Positions 38,022-51,877 of a stretch of DNA of 64,000 nucleotides are shown piece after piece. Source of the stretch: Cercozoa sp. M6MM (taxonomy: Eukaryota > Protista > Endomyxa: Ascetosporea). Made by a program: the position numbers and the translations under genes. The notes beneath the pieces were generated by a model. It saw only the letters and a program-made list of their open reading frames with translations, was not told the DNA's origin and searched no databases. How positions within the stretch are numbered: the first letter of the stretch is position 1; every line of letters starts with the position of its first letter. The DNA is taken from NCBI GenBank assembly GCA_040357565.1, contig JBDODJ010000014.1. One strand, written 5' to 3'.

Positions 38022-41000
38022 ATGTCGGGCATTGTGACTTTTGCCACCGATGTCGTTCTCTGGTGCCGCTTTACTCGGCATATATGGATTTTCTTGCGTG
38101 TGTCTTGATGTCGAATACTGTACAGGCCTACTGTGATGGGTGCGGCCATCGCGCGGCCTTCTCTTTCTTCAGTGGGTTGTCCATACCCCCCCCCCAGCCT
38201 CTTATGTATGTGTGGTATAGGCGCTGTACATGGCCATAACGGTGCTGTACTTTGCGTTCGGACGGCAACGAGGCGAGCCGAACTTTGTGGTGGTAGTGTC
38301 ACCCTTTCTATGTCTCTGTATGGTGCATGTGTCATGTGTCGGTGCCTGCAGTACAAGCGACGAGCCACGGAACCGGTGCCGACCTGGACTTGGGCACTCC
38401 TGTTGCTGGTCGCTTTGGGCACCTGCACGGCCCATGCCGTTCTGCAGACGCTCTACGCACTCGACGAAATGGGTAGACTCCTATCCCCCGTTATCACTCC
38501 CTGCATTGCCCTATTACCCTCGCTGCAGACGGTCCCAAGTCGAAAGATGACGTCCTATGGCAGCTTGGATACCTCCGCGTGGACGAGAGCAACTGGGCGG
38601 TACTACCTTCTCTGTGCAGTACCTGTGGAGACACGTGTCTGTGTGGCTGGTGAACAAGCTTGTTTGGGCAGAGAGTGCTCGTGCCGGACGTGGCCGTGGC
38701 CGTGGCGACGCTGCTGTTTTTCGCGCTGCAGCGCCGCTTCGTGCCGCGGCAGTACGACCGACTGTCTGGCGTGGACCAGCAGCCGCTCATGGGTACATGT
38801 GCCGTCTCTCTCTCAGTGTGCACGTGCCAGTGGGACACGTGCCAGTGGGACACGTGCTCATGTGGTACCTTGTAACTGAGGCAGGCAACGTGGCCGACCT
38901 CAAGCCGTGGCAAACCGATCTGTCGCGCTGGCGTCCGTCGCCATCCTTTTTGATCTCGGTACACATGACCACAGGTTTCAGAGTGATCGATCAGTCAATC
39001 GACCGGTTAGTCAGTGATCGATCAAAGTGACCACACTCTAAACTGGACAGGTGATGGCGCTGTTCTTTGCGGCTGCCGTGCTGTCGCCGCACGTGCTGTC
39101 GCTGCCCTTCTTTGCCGTCGTGTGGCCGCTGCTGATCCTGCGTAAGTTGCCACGTGTGTGCTGGGTGGCTGACTGACCACGTGGGTGGCTGACCACCTAG
39201 GTACCTGAGTGACTGACCACGTGCGCAGGCGCCGCGTGGCCCGACCTGCTGACGCGCGTGTCGACGCGCCGCGCGCAGTTCGCATTCGCCGGTGCTTTCG
39301 CCGTCTTCATCGTCGCGCACATGTATCCTCTGCCACGTGCTCACTCATTGATCATAGACTGGTCACTGAGTGGTCACTGCGATCATGAGTGACCACTCTG
39401 CTCTGTGTATGTTGTTGGTGTTGGTGTTGGCAGAGTCTTCTGGATGCTGACGCAGTTTCCCTTCTTCAACCAGGGCGTAGGCTTTGCCCCCTCCCCATTT
39501 ACCCTCTCCCCCGTTACCTTGTTGCCCCCCGTTGACTCCCGTTACCCCCTTTGACCTGGGCAGTTGTCGGGCCGGCAGGTGCGACTGCTGGGCGTGGTGA
39601 TGCTCTTCGACGACGACGCCGATCGCAACGGCGTAACCGTCACTCTCATTGCGACAGAACTCACTCCCTTAACCGCCACTCAGTTCGGTGAGACCACGTG
39701 TCTCTGTGTGTGCAGGAACCGTCGCGCACGGTGCCACTGGTGGCGCAGATCTGCGTCGAGGTTCTGCTGCTCGCCGTGCTGCTGCAGTGGCGGTATCTAC
39801 CCCCTCGCACGTGCCAACTAAGAGTGTGTGACATGTGCCCACTGAGAACACGTGGCAAGTGGGACACGTGCCAAGTGGGACACGGGCTAAGTGGGACACG
39901 TGCCAACTGAGAATGTACATGCGGATGTGCATGGTATAGGTATCACATGCGACCGCCGCGTCGCCGTCTGTTCGGACAGGTGTGCGACGAGGACGTGCCG
40001 ACCGATATTGTACTGTCCCGCTTAATTAAGTCTGCGTGGTCTCCCCTTTAACTAAGTCCAATGTGGACGGTACAGGTGGACCGCGAGGAGACGCTGCAGT
40101 CGCAGGTGCGCACTTTCGTCAAGAACACGCTCATCGAGCCTGGTAGGAGTTTTACCCCCCCCCACACACACACACACACACACACTTCTGTAATACCCCC
40201 CTCTTACCCCCTCTTACCCCCTCAGTAACATCGCTGGTGCGTGAGTACGGGTTTCGTGCCATCCAAGTCGCGCTGTTCGTGGTAACGTTTACCCCCCCCC
40301 AACTCCCATCTTACCCGTCTTACCCCCACCCATCTTACCCTCTGACCCCCCATACAGGTGTGCTTCGCGACTGACAGCGGACTCAGTCTCGGTCTCGTGC
40401 TGCTCTTGGTACTGTGAAACTTCATTTTACCCCTTTTACCCCCCTTTTACCCCTTTTACCCGCCTACTCTCGTGTTTGTGTTGGGCAGTTCGTGTCGATG
40501 TACCTGACGCAGAAGCAGTTCCGAAAGATCGTGCCGTTGCTGGTGCGTACACAATGTGTTTAAGGGGGTGCAACGAGGGTGGCTACAGGACATGGGTAGT
40601 TAAGGGAGCTGTCAGTAGTTAAGGGGGTTGTGTTTGTAGTTCATGTACGGTGCCGCCGTGGCTCTGGCGACGTTTCTGTTCGAGATGCCCGAGGTACTGT
40701 GACACAGACACGTGTGACCACCCACTGCTGAGGGACCACGTGACCACTGTGACCACTGTGAGTGACCACTGTGAGTGACCACGTGCTTGTGTGTACACAG
40801 GTGATCATTGGCGAGGCCGACAAGGACACGAAAAAGTACGAACTGCTCGAGAAACTCGGTCTGGAGCAGCGGTAGCGTTTATACCCCCCTGTTTACCCCC
40901 CCCCCCCNNNNNNNNNNNNNNNNNNNNNNNNNNNNNNNNNNNNNNNNNNNNNNNNNNNNNNNNNNNNNNNNNNNNNNNNNNNNNNNNNNNNNNNNNNNNN

Positions 41001-44000
41001 NNNNNNNCTGTTTACTCCCTGTTTACCCTATTTTTACCCCTGTCGACCTCTTTTCCTTCCCTGTCCCCCGTTTACCCCCTTTACCCCAGACCGCTGGCGT
41101 TCCTGCACGAGTGCGTGGTGTGGCTGCCGCTGCTGATCGTGGCGCTACACCTGTCGCTGGAACGACTGCTCCGCTGGTACAATGGTCGATCACTGTGTGG
41201 TCACTCTGACTGACTGACCCACTGAGCTGAATGATCGGTCACACGCGCGCCCGTGTGCAGGGGCGAGAGTGCCTCGGAACTCCACTTGCTCAACGAGGCT
41301 GCTCTGACGGTACTGGACGTGTTTTACCCGCTGTTTACCCCCCTGTTTACCCCCCCCCCAACAGTTGGCGCTGCTGGACGGCGACTCGCACCGCGTGGCC
41401 GTGTTTCTGCAGCGGCGCGCCGACCTGGTGAGTGCGCTGCGAGTAACGCCGTCGGGCGACACGGCACTCCACCTGGCTCTGCGACGACGTCGACGTGCCT
41501 GCGTGGACCTGCTGGTTAAGGCTGCGGAACAGTCGCCGGACATGCGACTGCTAGACCCGCGTGCCGTCAATAGCGACGGTGACACGGCCATGACACTGGC
41601 TCTGCGACTCGGCTTCCACGCCGTCGCACGCCGACTCTACCGCCTCGATCGACTGCACTACCAACGCACACCGCACGCCTGTCTCCTCTGGCAGGTACCA
41701 CCAGTACCACTTTACTCGTCCGCGCGGATTAGTCACCTGTGTGTAGCCGCATGAAGTCGCCATGAAACGCGTCGACACTCTCAAAAAGTGCGGCGTCGCT
41801 TTGCAGGAGGTACACACGCCCAAAGCTGTTTCGAAAGGCATTTCTTCGCTTTGCTTTGAGCGGATTTCAAAATTCGTGCTTTGCTTTGAAGGAAATTTCG
41901 AAATTCCTGCTTTGCTTGATTGCTTGGAGCATAATGTCGTAAATACCTTGGACAGGACCGCGTGGTGCTCGCAGTCGGCGACGCGGCGCGTCAGTTCGCA
42001 CTCGACGTGCGAAAGCAGGTGCTTTCTTGTTTCTTGATTTTTAATTTTTTGGCAGTTTGGTATTTGTAGCGTCTCCGCGCGGACGACTTCTTCGTCAACA
42101 CGGGCGCCGTGGACGACGAGTTTGACCTGGATTTGGACGATGTGGGCTCTGCTTACCTATTTACTCTTTTTAAGCCCCCATTGGACTGTCGTTTTGCCCA
42201 CCATTTTACCTGCTCCCTACCCTCCTGTGCCCCTTTCCTTTCCCTTACCCTTACCCTGACTTCATCCCCGCAGGGCGCATGCGTGGACATGCTGGCGGCC
42301 GGCGAGTTTTCGGAAACGCGCGGCCACACGTGGTCCGAGTCGGTGCGACACGCGGTACGCGGCGCCGTAGCGGTGGCCAAAACAGTGGTACGATCACTTG
42401 TTAAGGGGGCGTTTGTGTTAAGGCGGTATTGTTAAACGGACGCTTGATTAAGGAGGTGTCGGTTTGATTAAGGCTGCGTTATGTGTGTGTCTGAACAGGC
42501 ATGGAACCACGCGCAGAAACTTGTGTTGCTGCTGCTGTTTTTTGCTGCCATGGATCGACGTGATGCCATGCATGTAGCCTCCTTTTACCCCCCCTGTTTA
42601 CCCTCCTGTTTATCGTCCTGTTTACCTCTCTGTTCGCCTTCCTGTTTACTCCCCCTACCCTCCTATTTACCCCCTCCCCAGGTGGGCTACTTTGCGAGTT
42701 TCCTGCTCTTCTTTCTGATCGGTCGGCACGTGACTCTGACGCGTCGACTGTGGCCGTGTCTGCTGCTGTACTGCCAGCTAGGTACTCGGACAAGAACAAG
42801 GTTGTTGGCATGTGTGCACAAACAAGGTTGTTGGTGGGGCAGTGTGTGGCACCATGTACCTGTGGTTCGTGTGGGACCCCAACGGTCAGCGCACCGACCT
42901 GCCGCAGCGACCGCCTTCGTGGCAGCGACGTCTCGGCGTCGACTTTGGCCGCATGACGCTCGCGCAGTTCGCCGGTAGGCTTTACCCCCACCTCCCCCTT
43001 AACCCACCCTCTCCCTTAACCCTACCCTCCCCCTTAACCCCTCGCCCCCCTTAACCCCTCGCCCCCTTAAACCCCTGGCATACAGGCCTGTCGCTGGCGG
43101 TGCTGTGCGCCGTGTTCGCGCAGATGCTGGTGTTCCGCAGTCGGCACCAGGCGGCGCTGCAGCAGCGGCTACAGCAGTCGCACCCGGTGTACGTCCAGTT
43201 GTACGGCGTCCATTCGTACCGTCCACTCTGCCCTGCCTGTGTCCATTTGTACAGCTGTAGCCCCCCAATTCTTTACCTTTTTTACCCCCCCCCCCCGCCC
43301 GGATAGAGACGTGCACGTATCGCTTGAGGCACTGGCTTGGCGCAAGGACCGCGCCGCTTCGGTACTGACTCTCAGTGTGTCCAGATGGACCGACTGATTG
43401 TAGCCATGTTGTACATGTGTGTGTGTGGTACAAATGGACAGGAGCGTGGTCGCAAGTTGGCCAGTGTTTTCTGGAGCTCGGTGGCCGTGCTGGCAGCGGT
43501 ACTCGTTGTCTCTTCTATATTGATCGACCATGATTGATCGTATAGTCACTGATCGATCATATGGCCACTGGTCGATCGTATGGTCACTATGATCGATCAT
43601 AATTTTGATTCTGTTTAGGCTCCGAGACACGGGCTGTCGCTGCTGCTGGCCTACGCGGCGCTGTCGCTCGGCGCGACCGTTGGCGGCGTCGCCTCGCTGC
43701 TCTCGCTCGGCTACCTCGTCGTCTTCGCGGCCGCGCTGGCGTAGCCTCCTCTTCACCCCCTCTTTACCCCTCTTTGCCCCCCCCTCTTTACCCCCTCTTT
43801 ACCTCCCCTTTTTACCCTCTATACCCCTCTTACCTTCCCCCTTGAGGCAGTATGCACCGTCACCGGCACGAGCGAGTGCTGCGCTTTGCGTGGCTGCTCT
43901 TCGTGTGCTACGCACTGGGTACAATCTTGCTGCCTTAAGTAACTAATTAAGGGAGTGTGTGTAGCCGTTCTGCTGCTGCGATATGCGGCGCAACACGACG

Positions 44001-47000
44001 CGGCGTTCGACTATTTTGTGCGTTCTTTCCTGTTTGGTTAAGGCTGCGTTCTGGTCTGTTTAGTTAAGGCTGCGGTCTGTCTGTGCAGGCGTCCACTTTG
44101 TCCCTTAAGGGCTACCACTGCGAGGCAGACAATCCGGACAGGTACTGCGCCTACGACGACAAGGACTGGACGCTCGAAGATCTCGGACTCGTGCGCGCCT
44201 TTCCGATGCACCACGATGCCGATGGTAGCTTTACCCCCCCATACCCCCTTGTTTACCCCCACCCCCTACTCCCAGGTGGTTGGTCGCTGTTCGAGGTGCT
44301 GGTGGTGCCGATGTTCGTGGCGGTGCTGCTGGTGATGCGTTGGCGACACATGACTCCTGACACCCCTGTGAGTGACGGTGGTGTCACTGATCCCAGTGAC
44401 GGTACGACTGATCCCAGTGACGGTACGACTGATCTCAGTGACGGTGCCAGTGACGGGACCAGTAACGCTGCCAGTGACGGTGCCAGTGACAGTGCCAGTG
44501 AGGCACGTGCACCGTCGCGCGTGAGCTACGGACAGCGCTTTCTGCGGCGCGTGCGGCGTCGCGTGGCGCGTGTGCTGCAGCTGTCGGCGACGCACGCCAC
44601 GGCTCTGGCCGTCTTCGCCTTTGCCTCGGCTCGGTACGTCTGTACCTACTGAAGGGTCCATTTGTACCAGGTGGTCCACTTGTACCGTTTGCAATAATTG
44701 TTACACAAAACAGGAGTCACCTGGAGGGTCTGCTGGAGGTGACGCTCGTCGTGGCGCTCTACCTGGGCGCCGTGTCGCGTCGCGCCTTCCTGGTACCCTC
44801 TGCACGTGCCATGGTCACCTCGGTGGTCACCTAGGTGGTTACTTGGCTGGTCACTGGGTGGTCACTATGGCACGTGTGTAGTTGAAGTGCATGGCCTCGC
44901 TGTCGTCACTGGCACTGCTGGCGCAGTACACGCGCCAGGTGACGCCTCTGCGCGCCTTTAACAACAGGTGCCACTTCATTAAAGGGGTGTCGTTTGGTTA
45001 AGGGCGTGTTGTTGGGTTGGTTAAAGGGATGTGTATGTGGACACAGCTACCTGGACTGGTGCGGTCTGCGCGACTTTGCCTCCGAGTACTCCGCCTACGA
45101 GTCGTGGCTGCTGGTACCGCTGGGCACGTATGTGACTGGACTCTTCTGGGGGTCACTGGGTCACGTGGCTGACTGGCACGTGTTTGACTGGGTCATTGGG
45201 ACACTGGGACACGTGTGCGCAGGTCGGTACGGCGGCGGCGCTGGTGGTGACGACGGTGGCCACGGTGGCGACTCGCTGCGTCACTGCGGTCGTCGTTGAT
45301 CCCAGCAGCAATCAGAGTGATCGCGCCGATCACACCGTCGGCACTGATGACACCGTCAGTGACAGTGACACCGCTAGTAGTGGTAGTGACAGCGACACCG
45401 TCAGCGACACCGTCGACAGCAAGCACGTGGCGTCGACGCACGCCTCGATCAATCGCACGCACCGGTACACTCTGTCTGGCCATCTGGACCGACCTTATGG
45501 TCCATTTGGACCAACCCTGTGTGTACTGGAGTGACCCTGTGTAACCGTCCATCTGTACCGACCATGCCGTCCCGCTGTAGTGACCGCAAGCGACGCAGAC
45601 GAGTGAGTCAATTCACGCGCTACCTGCGCTACGTAGTGCGACACGCCGCGCACTTCTTTGGTACACCGCTCACGTGCCAGACACGACCAGTGTCTCAGTT
45701 GGCACGTGCCTCAGTTGGACATGAGTGCACTTGCTCCTGTGTGTGTGCAGGCATCGAACTGGCGCTGCTGACGGCACTGATTTGTGCTTTCTTCCGCAAC
45801 AACGCGCTGTCCTGGCTGTACTGCGAGTTTACCCCCACCCCATCCCTTTACTCCCACCCCCCTACCCCAGTTATTTCCGTTACCCCCTGTTACCCTCCCT
45901 CCATTACCCCCTACCTACTTACTCCCCCAGTTACGTCGGTATGACTGGCGTCTTTATTCTGCGAGGACGGCGTTCGCTGCGTCAGTTGTAGGGCTGCCCC
46001 TTTAACTCTGACTGTGTTGGTCCATTTGGACGATGGACTGGACTATGGACTGGACGGTGGACTGGCTACTGTGCAGACTGCCGACCATGGTGGTGGTGAC
46101 GGGACTGTCGCTGATCGGGCAGTTCTTCGTGTCGCTGCGAGACACGCCGTTCGAGTACCCGTGGCACGCCTGGGCCTCGCCGCTGGAGCGCGAGTGGCTG
46201 CTCCTGGATGGCTACAAAACCGGTACAATCCGTCCATATACTATATATATATATTATATATGCAATAGTAAGTATAGTATGTATATAATAATATAAATGT
46301 CTGTATCGATACAGGTGACCTGTGGTGGGACTACTTTGCCTTTTTGTTCGCCATTGCTGCCACCGGCGTACCGCGGCCTCCGGTACCTTGGCCTCGTCAA
46401 TTTGTACCTCGGGCATTTGTACATGTACAATTGGACAGGAGCCGCACGAGTTGTCCGAGGAGCAGAAGCGAGCGACGCAGCGGCTACTGCTCAGTTCGGT
46501 ACACACAGTTCCATCTGGACCGTGTCCCTTGTCCCGTGTCCATCTGGACCGTGTCTATTGTACCGCCCATTTGTACCGCCCATACTGAACGTATGTGTAC
46601 AGACGTCGGTGTCGCTAGTGCTGGTGTTCGTGGCGGCGCTGTGGAACGTCGACTTCCTGTCGCTGCTGTACCTGGGTCTAGGTACACCTGCCACGTGTCA
46701 CGTGTCACGTCTCTGGACTGAGTGACCCAGTGACCACCTGACTGAGTGACCCAGTGACCACCTGACTGAGTGACCCTGACTGAGTATGTATGTGTGTGCA
46801 CTGCAGCCATGTGGCTCCTGTTCGCCGAGTCGAGTCGCGCCAGGTGGGCCAAGGTGCACTGGTGCAACCTGCTCGTCCTCGTGCTCGGTACCTCTTGCTC
46901 CAGCGGTCACTTGACTGTGAGTGGTCAGTCTGACTGTGAGTGGTCACTCTGACTGTGAGTGGGCATTGAGAATGGGCACGTGTGTTTCTGTGTGGTCACA

Positions 47001-48784
47001 GCCACCGTGTTCCAGTTGCCGTGGATTCCGACGCCCGACCTCGTGGACCCTGTACTCGCACACTGTTGGGGATGTAAATAAGGGGTAAAGAGGGAAGTAA
47101 AGGTATGTTGTGTCGTGTGTGCAGGACCAGGAACTGTTCCGTGGCGCCGCTTGGAGTCGGTAAGTGCAGAGCTTACTGCCCTAGTTATTCTTACCCCCCC
47201 CCCCCCTACACCATCGGTGCAGAGTGATCGGACTGAACAAGTTCTTTGTGCGTTCGCTCCCACGTGACGAGCAGACACTGCGTGTCGACCCGTTTGGTAC
47301 CACCCTGGCATGTGTCCCTGGCACCAGTGCAGAGTGGTCCTTTCCCTCTGAGAGAAACGAGCTGACTGGTGACTCACTGGGGCAGGACCACGTGGCGTGT
47401 TGCACACGCTCGTCATCTTCGTCGTGGTCGATCTGCAGCTGCGACTGCTGCAGTCGACGTGAGTTTTTACCCCCCTCTTGACCCCCTTGACCCCCTCCCT
47501 TTGACCCCCTCCTATCCCTCTTACTCCGACAGGAGTGCCCGACGTGCCATCCAGCAGGAGAGAGATGACATGCGGTATCGTACCCTCCCTTAACCCCCCT
47601 ATCAAATGTGTGTTTGTGTGTGTGTGTGTAGCAATAGTCCCGTACGCGCGGTCATGTCGACTTTGCTGGCCAATGTACCTTGCTTCTTTTACCCCCCTGC
47701 CCCTTTGCCCTTTCCCCTTTCCTCTTTGCCGTCTACCCCGTTACTTTACCCCTTTACCCCTTACCCCGTTATTCCTTCACCCTTTATCCCTTGCCCCTTT
47801 ACCTCTCTACAGCACGAGCGACGTCGACGACAGGCGGCTCAAATCTCGGCGAAACGTCGCATTTTGGCCGTATCTCTTCTGTTTTGTATTTGCTGTGTGT
47901 GTGTGTGTTTTTTTGTTTGTTTATTTTCTGTTGTTGTTGTTTTGTGTCCTTGTATTAGTTGTGTTTTTTTTTGTGTCCTTGTTTTTGTATTTTGTTGTTG
48001 TTTGTTGTTTTCTCTTCTCACCTGACCCTGCTGTAGGAACTGCGCGCACTGCTGCACACGGGCGACGGTAGTTTTCTCGTTCCCACTGGGGCACCGGTCG
48101 TGTCACCAAGCACGTGCTGACTGAGCGTGCTGACTGAGTGACTGAGCACTTGCTGGCTGAGCACATGCACTGTGTGTAACACGTGCGCAGGCGACAAGCA
48201 GGTGGTCGAGTCACTCGGCATTGCTAAACTCAAGTTCAACGACCGCGAGCTATGGCCGGTGCTGCTCTTTCCTACTGTTATTCTTGAGTCTGACTTAGAG
48301 GGCAGATCCGCGAGGAGTACGTCCGCGCGGACGAAAACGCACGGCACAAGCGAAACGCAAGCGCTGTCATTTTGCAAAGCGAGGACGACATCGCGCGTGT
48401 CGAGACGGCCGAACTCAGCGTTGGCGCTTCCAACGGCGCTGCGAGTGGTTAACCCCCCCCCCCCCTACCTTCCTCTGACCTTCCTTTGACCTTCCTCTTA
48501 CCCTTACCCTCGCTTACCTCCAGAGGAGTACGAACATTGGTCGGACAAGGCGGCGCATGTCGACGTCGACGCCGACGGTCGCATTGTCGCCTGCAACGAC
48601 AAGTTCGCCAGTAAGCTTATCTATCTGTCTTTATCTTATCTCTGTGTATAGTTAGTATACTACCGAACACATGGATGTCTGTGTGCTTTTTAGAGATGGT
48701 GGGAGTCACTGGCGAAGCGGTAGCATATGCTCTGCACCGTCTGTATGTGTCTGTGTGTCTGTGTGTCTGTGTGTGTGTGTGTGT

Positions 48785-48832
<48 letters not shown>

Positions 48833-51212
48833 CTGTGTGTCTGTGTGTCTGTGTTTGTGCGTGTCTGTTTGTGCGTGTGTGTGTGTGTGTGTGTATGTGC
48901 GTGTGCGTGTGTGTGTGTGTGACGAGGGGTACTGATACAGGAGGGCGGCGGTGCACGCAAGGTGCTGCTACGCAACATGCCGTTGACGGAGTTGCTGCCG
49001 CTGTTCAACGATGCGTCTGGCCCGTACCTTTTTACGCAAGGACAGGAAACTCTGGACTGACATGTCAGTTAACTGACATGTGTACGGCATTAACCACAGG
49101 TGCGAGCTCTCGAAATCCTCGGGCAGCAGCGTCAAGGTCTTCCTGCAGCTGCGGTCGCTCCAGACATCTCTCCAGGCACCTCTGCGCCGCGTCTACGTGC
49201 TGCCGCAGCGGTCACTGTTGCATCGAGTCGCAAGGTCCGCGCGGAGGTGGCTACACGCGCGACTAGTCGACTCGGTCGACTCATCACTCTTTGTGCGCAC
49301 GGTAGCTCTGTTGCTGCGTGATCTTTTGGGACAAAAGATTGATGGGTTACCTATATGTGTGTTGCAGGACAATGCGGAGCTGCAGGAGATGGTTGATCTG
49401 GCTCGCTTCGCTGGTAGTCGTCTTTCCTGTCCTCGTGTGCTTGTGTGTGGTGTCGAAGCAAGGCTGGTTGGTTCAACACTCAGAGATGGCACCGATGGAA
49501 CGCGATGACGAAGCTTTCGCAGCCGAGAGCATTGCTGTGCCTCTTTTGTTTCTCTATGCTGTGCTGTGTAACAAGCGGTGTGTGTGCGATGACAGGTGAG
49601 CGCCCGTCGCAACGTGCTGAGTAGTCTCACCGTCCGCGTATTGCCTCTGTGTGAATGCCAGTGTAGGGAGGGGGATGTGCACCTGTGTGTCGCAGTCCAT
49701 CTGGCAGTGGCTCACTCTGTTCGGCCGAGTGCTGCGGTCGCACACGGCCACACTGTATCCATCGCTGTCTTGCATCCCCTGCTCCCAGTATGTTGGATGT
49801 GTGTGGTAGTGTGACAGTGTTCCTGTGTATGGACGTCTTGACACACCCTTCGCTTCTGTAAGAACACATCATTTTGATACCGAGAGATACGATTGGTTGC
49901 ATGTGCTGCCGACTCAGTACGCTGCTACCGCTCGTTCTGATTGCGTGTGCTGTCGTCCTGCCGTGTGGCAAGGGTGCTTCCTGCATTCCTGTCGCCTTTT
50001 TGCTTCCTGCTGTGTTTAGTTTGTTCGTTTGTGTACTTGCTGTGTAGGAGTCTGGCGATCGCTGCAGCTCCTGCTGATTTTCGTGGTGCTCGTGTCGTTC
50101 CTCGTGCAGCTTACCGTTGTGTGTGAGGTGTGCCGTTTTTCCCCTGGTCCTTTCACACTAAGCTTCGCACAAAAACACCTTTTCCAGACCTCTGGCGAAT
50201 CGCTCGCGCTCACGCCCCTTGCGTCGTGTCTGCCGGCCTTCAATCTCGAGGAGGTACTCTCCCTCTCGAAACACAAACTGGTGTGCTTTAGATCTCAAGT
50301 TGGCTGTCAGGCGAAGGAAATGTTTGGACTCGAGGGTGAAAAGCGCCAGCCACTCGCTTTTGTGCGACAGGTAGCTTTTGCTCAGCCTTGTTTGCTCTTT
50401 GAAATGTGTGCATTCCTTTCAGGTTTCGTGGAACAACCGACTTGGCATTTCAAAGGCTCCGCGCGGACAGGCCTTTTGGTTTTATTGCTCTGTTTCTTCA
50501 GTTTTGTGTTCTCTCTTGAACAACCGTATGATGACAGGTATTTCTGCGCATGGAAGCTTCTAGCGCTACTGGCGCTGTCCTGGCACCAGCAGGTTTGATT
50601 TTTCTATAATGGTGCCAGTTTGGGCTTTTGTGGTACTGACTTGGGTTTGTTCGCACAGTCGCTGAAGCGCAAGGGCAAATGGGACGCCGAATCTCTCGTT
50701 CGTTTTAGCTTGTTTTGGTCGTTTAAAGTAGTTTTTTGTGCGATTTTTGGCTTTGCTGGCAGCATGACGACTACGCCACAGTGCACTTCTGGTACAGTTT
50801 GCTGCATGTGCGTTTTTCTTTTCTACTGACTGTGCTATACGTTTTTGCTTGCAGGCACAGCACGAAGGAGAAGGAAAGCGAGCGGCGACGCCGAAACGCG
50901 GCGGAACGACTGCAGTTGCGAGAGGTGCTTCTTTCATCTTGTTTCGTCATGTTTTTTGACAGTATTTGGTGTTGTGTCAGAACTTTTTGGCGGCCACGCA
51001 GCGCCGACAGCGTCAACAGGATGCTCGTGTACCCTTCCTATTCTTGAGGACATAGTTGTCCAAACGGACCGTGTATGGACCTGGACCCTTAAATGAACCG
51101 TCGCATTTCGGCAGATGACGGATGCCGAGCGTGCCGAGGCCTTGGCCTTGCTTCGGGCCGATGATGCCGATCTGCGCAAGTACACTTGACTCTGTGTCCT
51201 GTGTGTACTGTC

Positions 51213-51261
<49 letters not shown>

Positions 51262-51271
51262 NNNNNNNNNN

Positions 51272-51332
<61 letters not shown>

Positions 51333-51664
51333 GTATATGTGTGTATTCTCAGAGAGTCGAAACGCAGCTTGTGGCGACGCCTGTTTCCAAGACAGCTGCG
51401 CGAGAACTTCTTCGCTATTGTTGCTTGCTTTTACCCCTCTTTTGTACCATCTTACTCCCCCGTGTCTGTGCAGTCACCGACCGACTTTGACGGCCGCGTG
51501 TTGTTCGACGTCAAGCCCGGTCGTGATTGGTGCGCTTCCGCGCGGATACAGTCTTGTGTGTGTGTGTGTGTGTGTCTGTGTCTGTGTCTGTGTCTGTGTC
51601 TGTGTCTGTGTCTGTGTNNNNNNNNNNTGTGTCTGTGTCTGTGTCTGTGTCTGTGTCTGTGTCT

Positions 51665-51696
<32 letters not shown>

Positions 51697-51808
51697 TTGA
51701 TGGGTTCGCTGTAGGTACACGGCCTTGTTTCTGATCGAGCTGTGCGCCGCCATCGTGATCCTGTACAGCTTACCCCTCCCACCTTATGTGTATGTAGATG
51801 AATGTATG

Positions 51809-51877
<69 letters not shown>

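Noticed and set aside
38090-38130. Non-canonical (GC-AG) first intron of Piezo and similar cases in ndk and the Arf-like gene
   Set aside because: Alternative GT donors or nearby acceptors can also preserve frame; this cannot be decided without transcripts.
42995-43075. CCCTTAACCC units as an interstitial telomere
   Set aside because: Irregular, confined to one intron and part of the general C-rich intron class; not a regular hexamer array.
46715-46785. Short direct repeats (also 38820-38857, 53265-53320, 63316-63378) as possible CRISPR arrays
   Set aside because: Tandem units with no unique spacers, located inside eukaryotic introns, and no cas genes.
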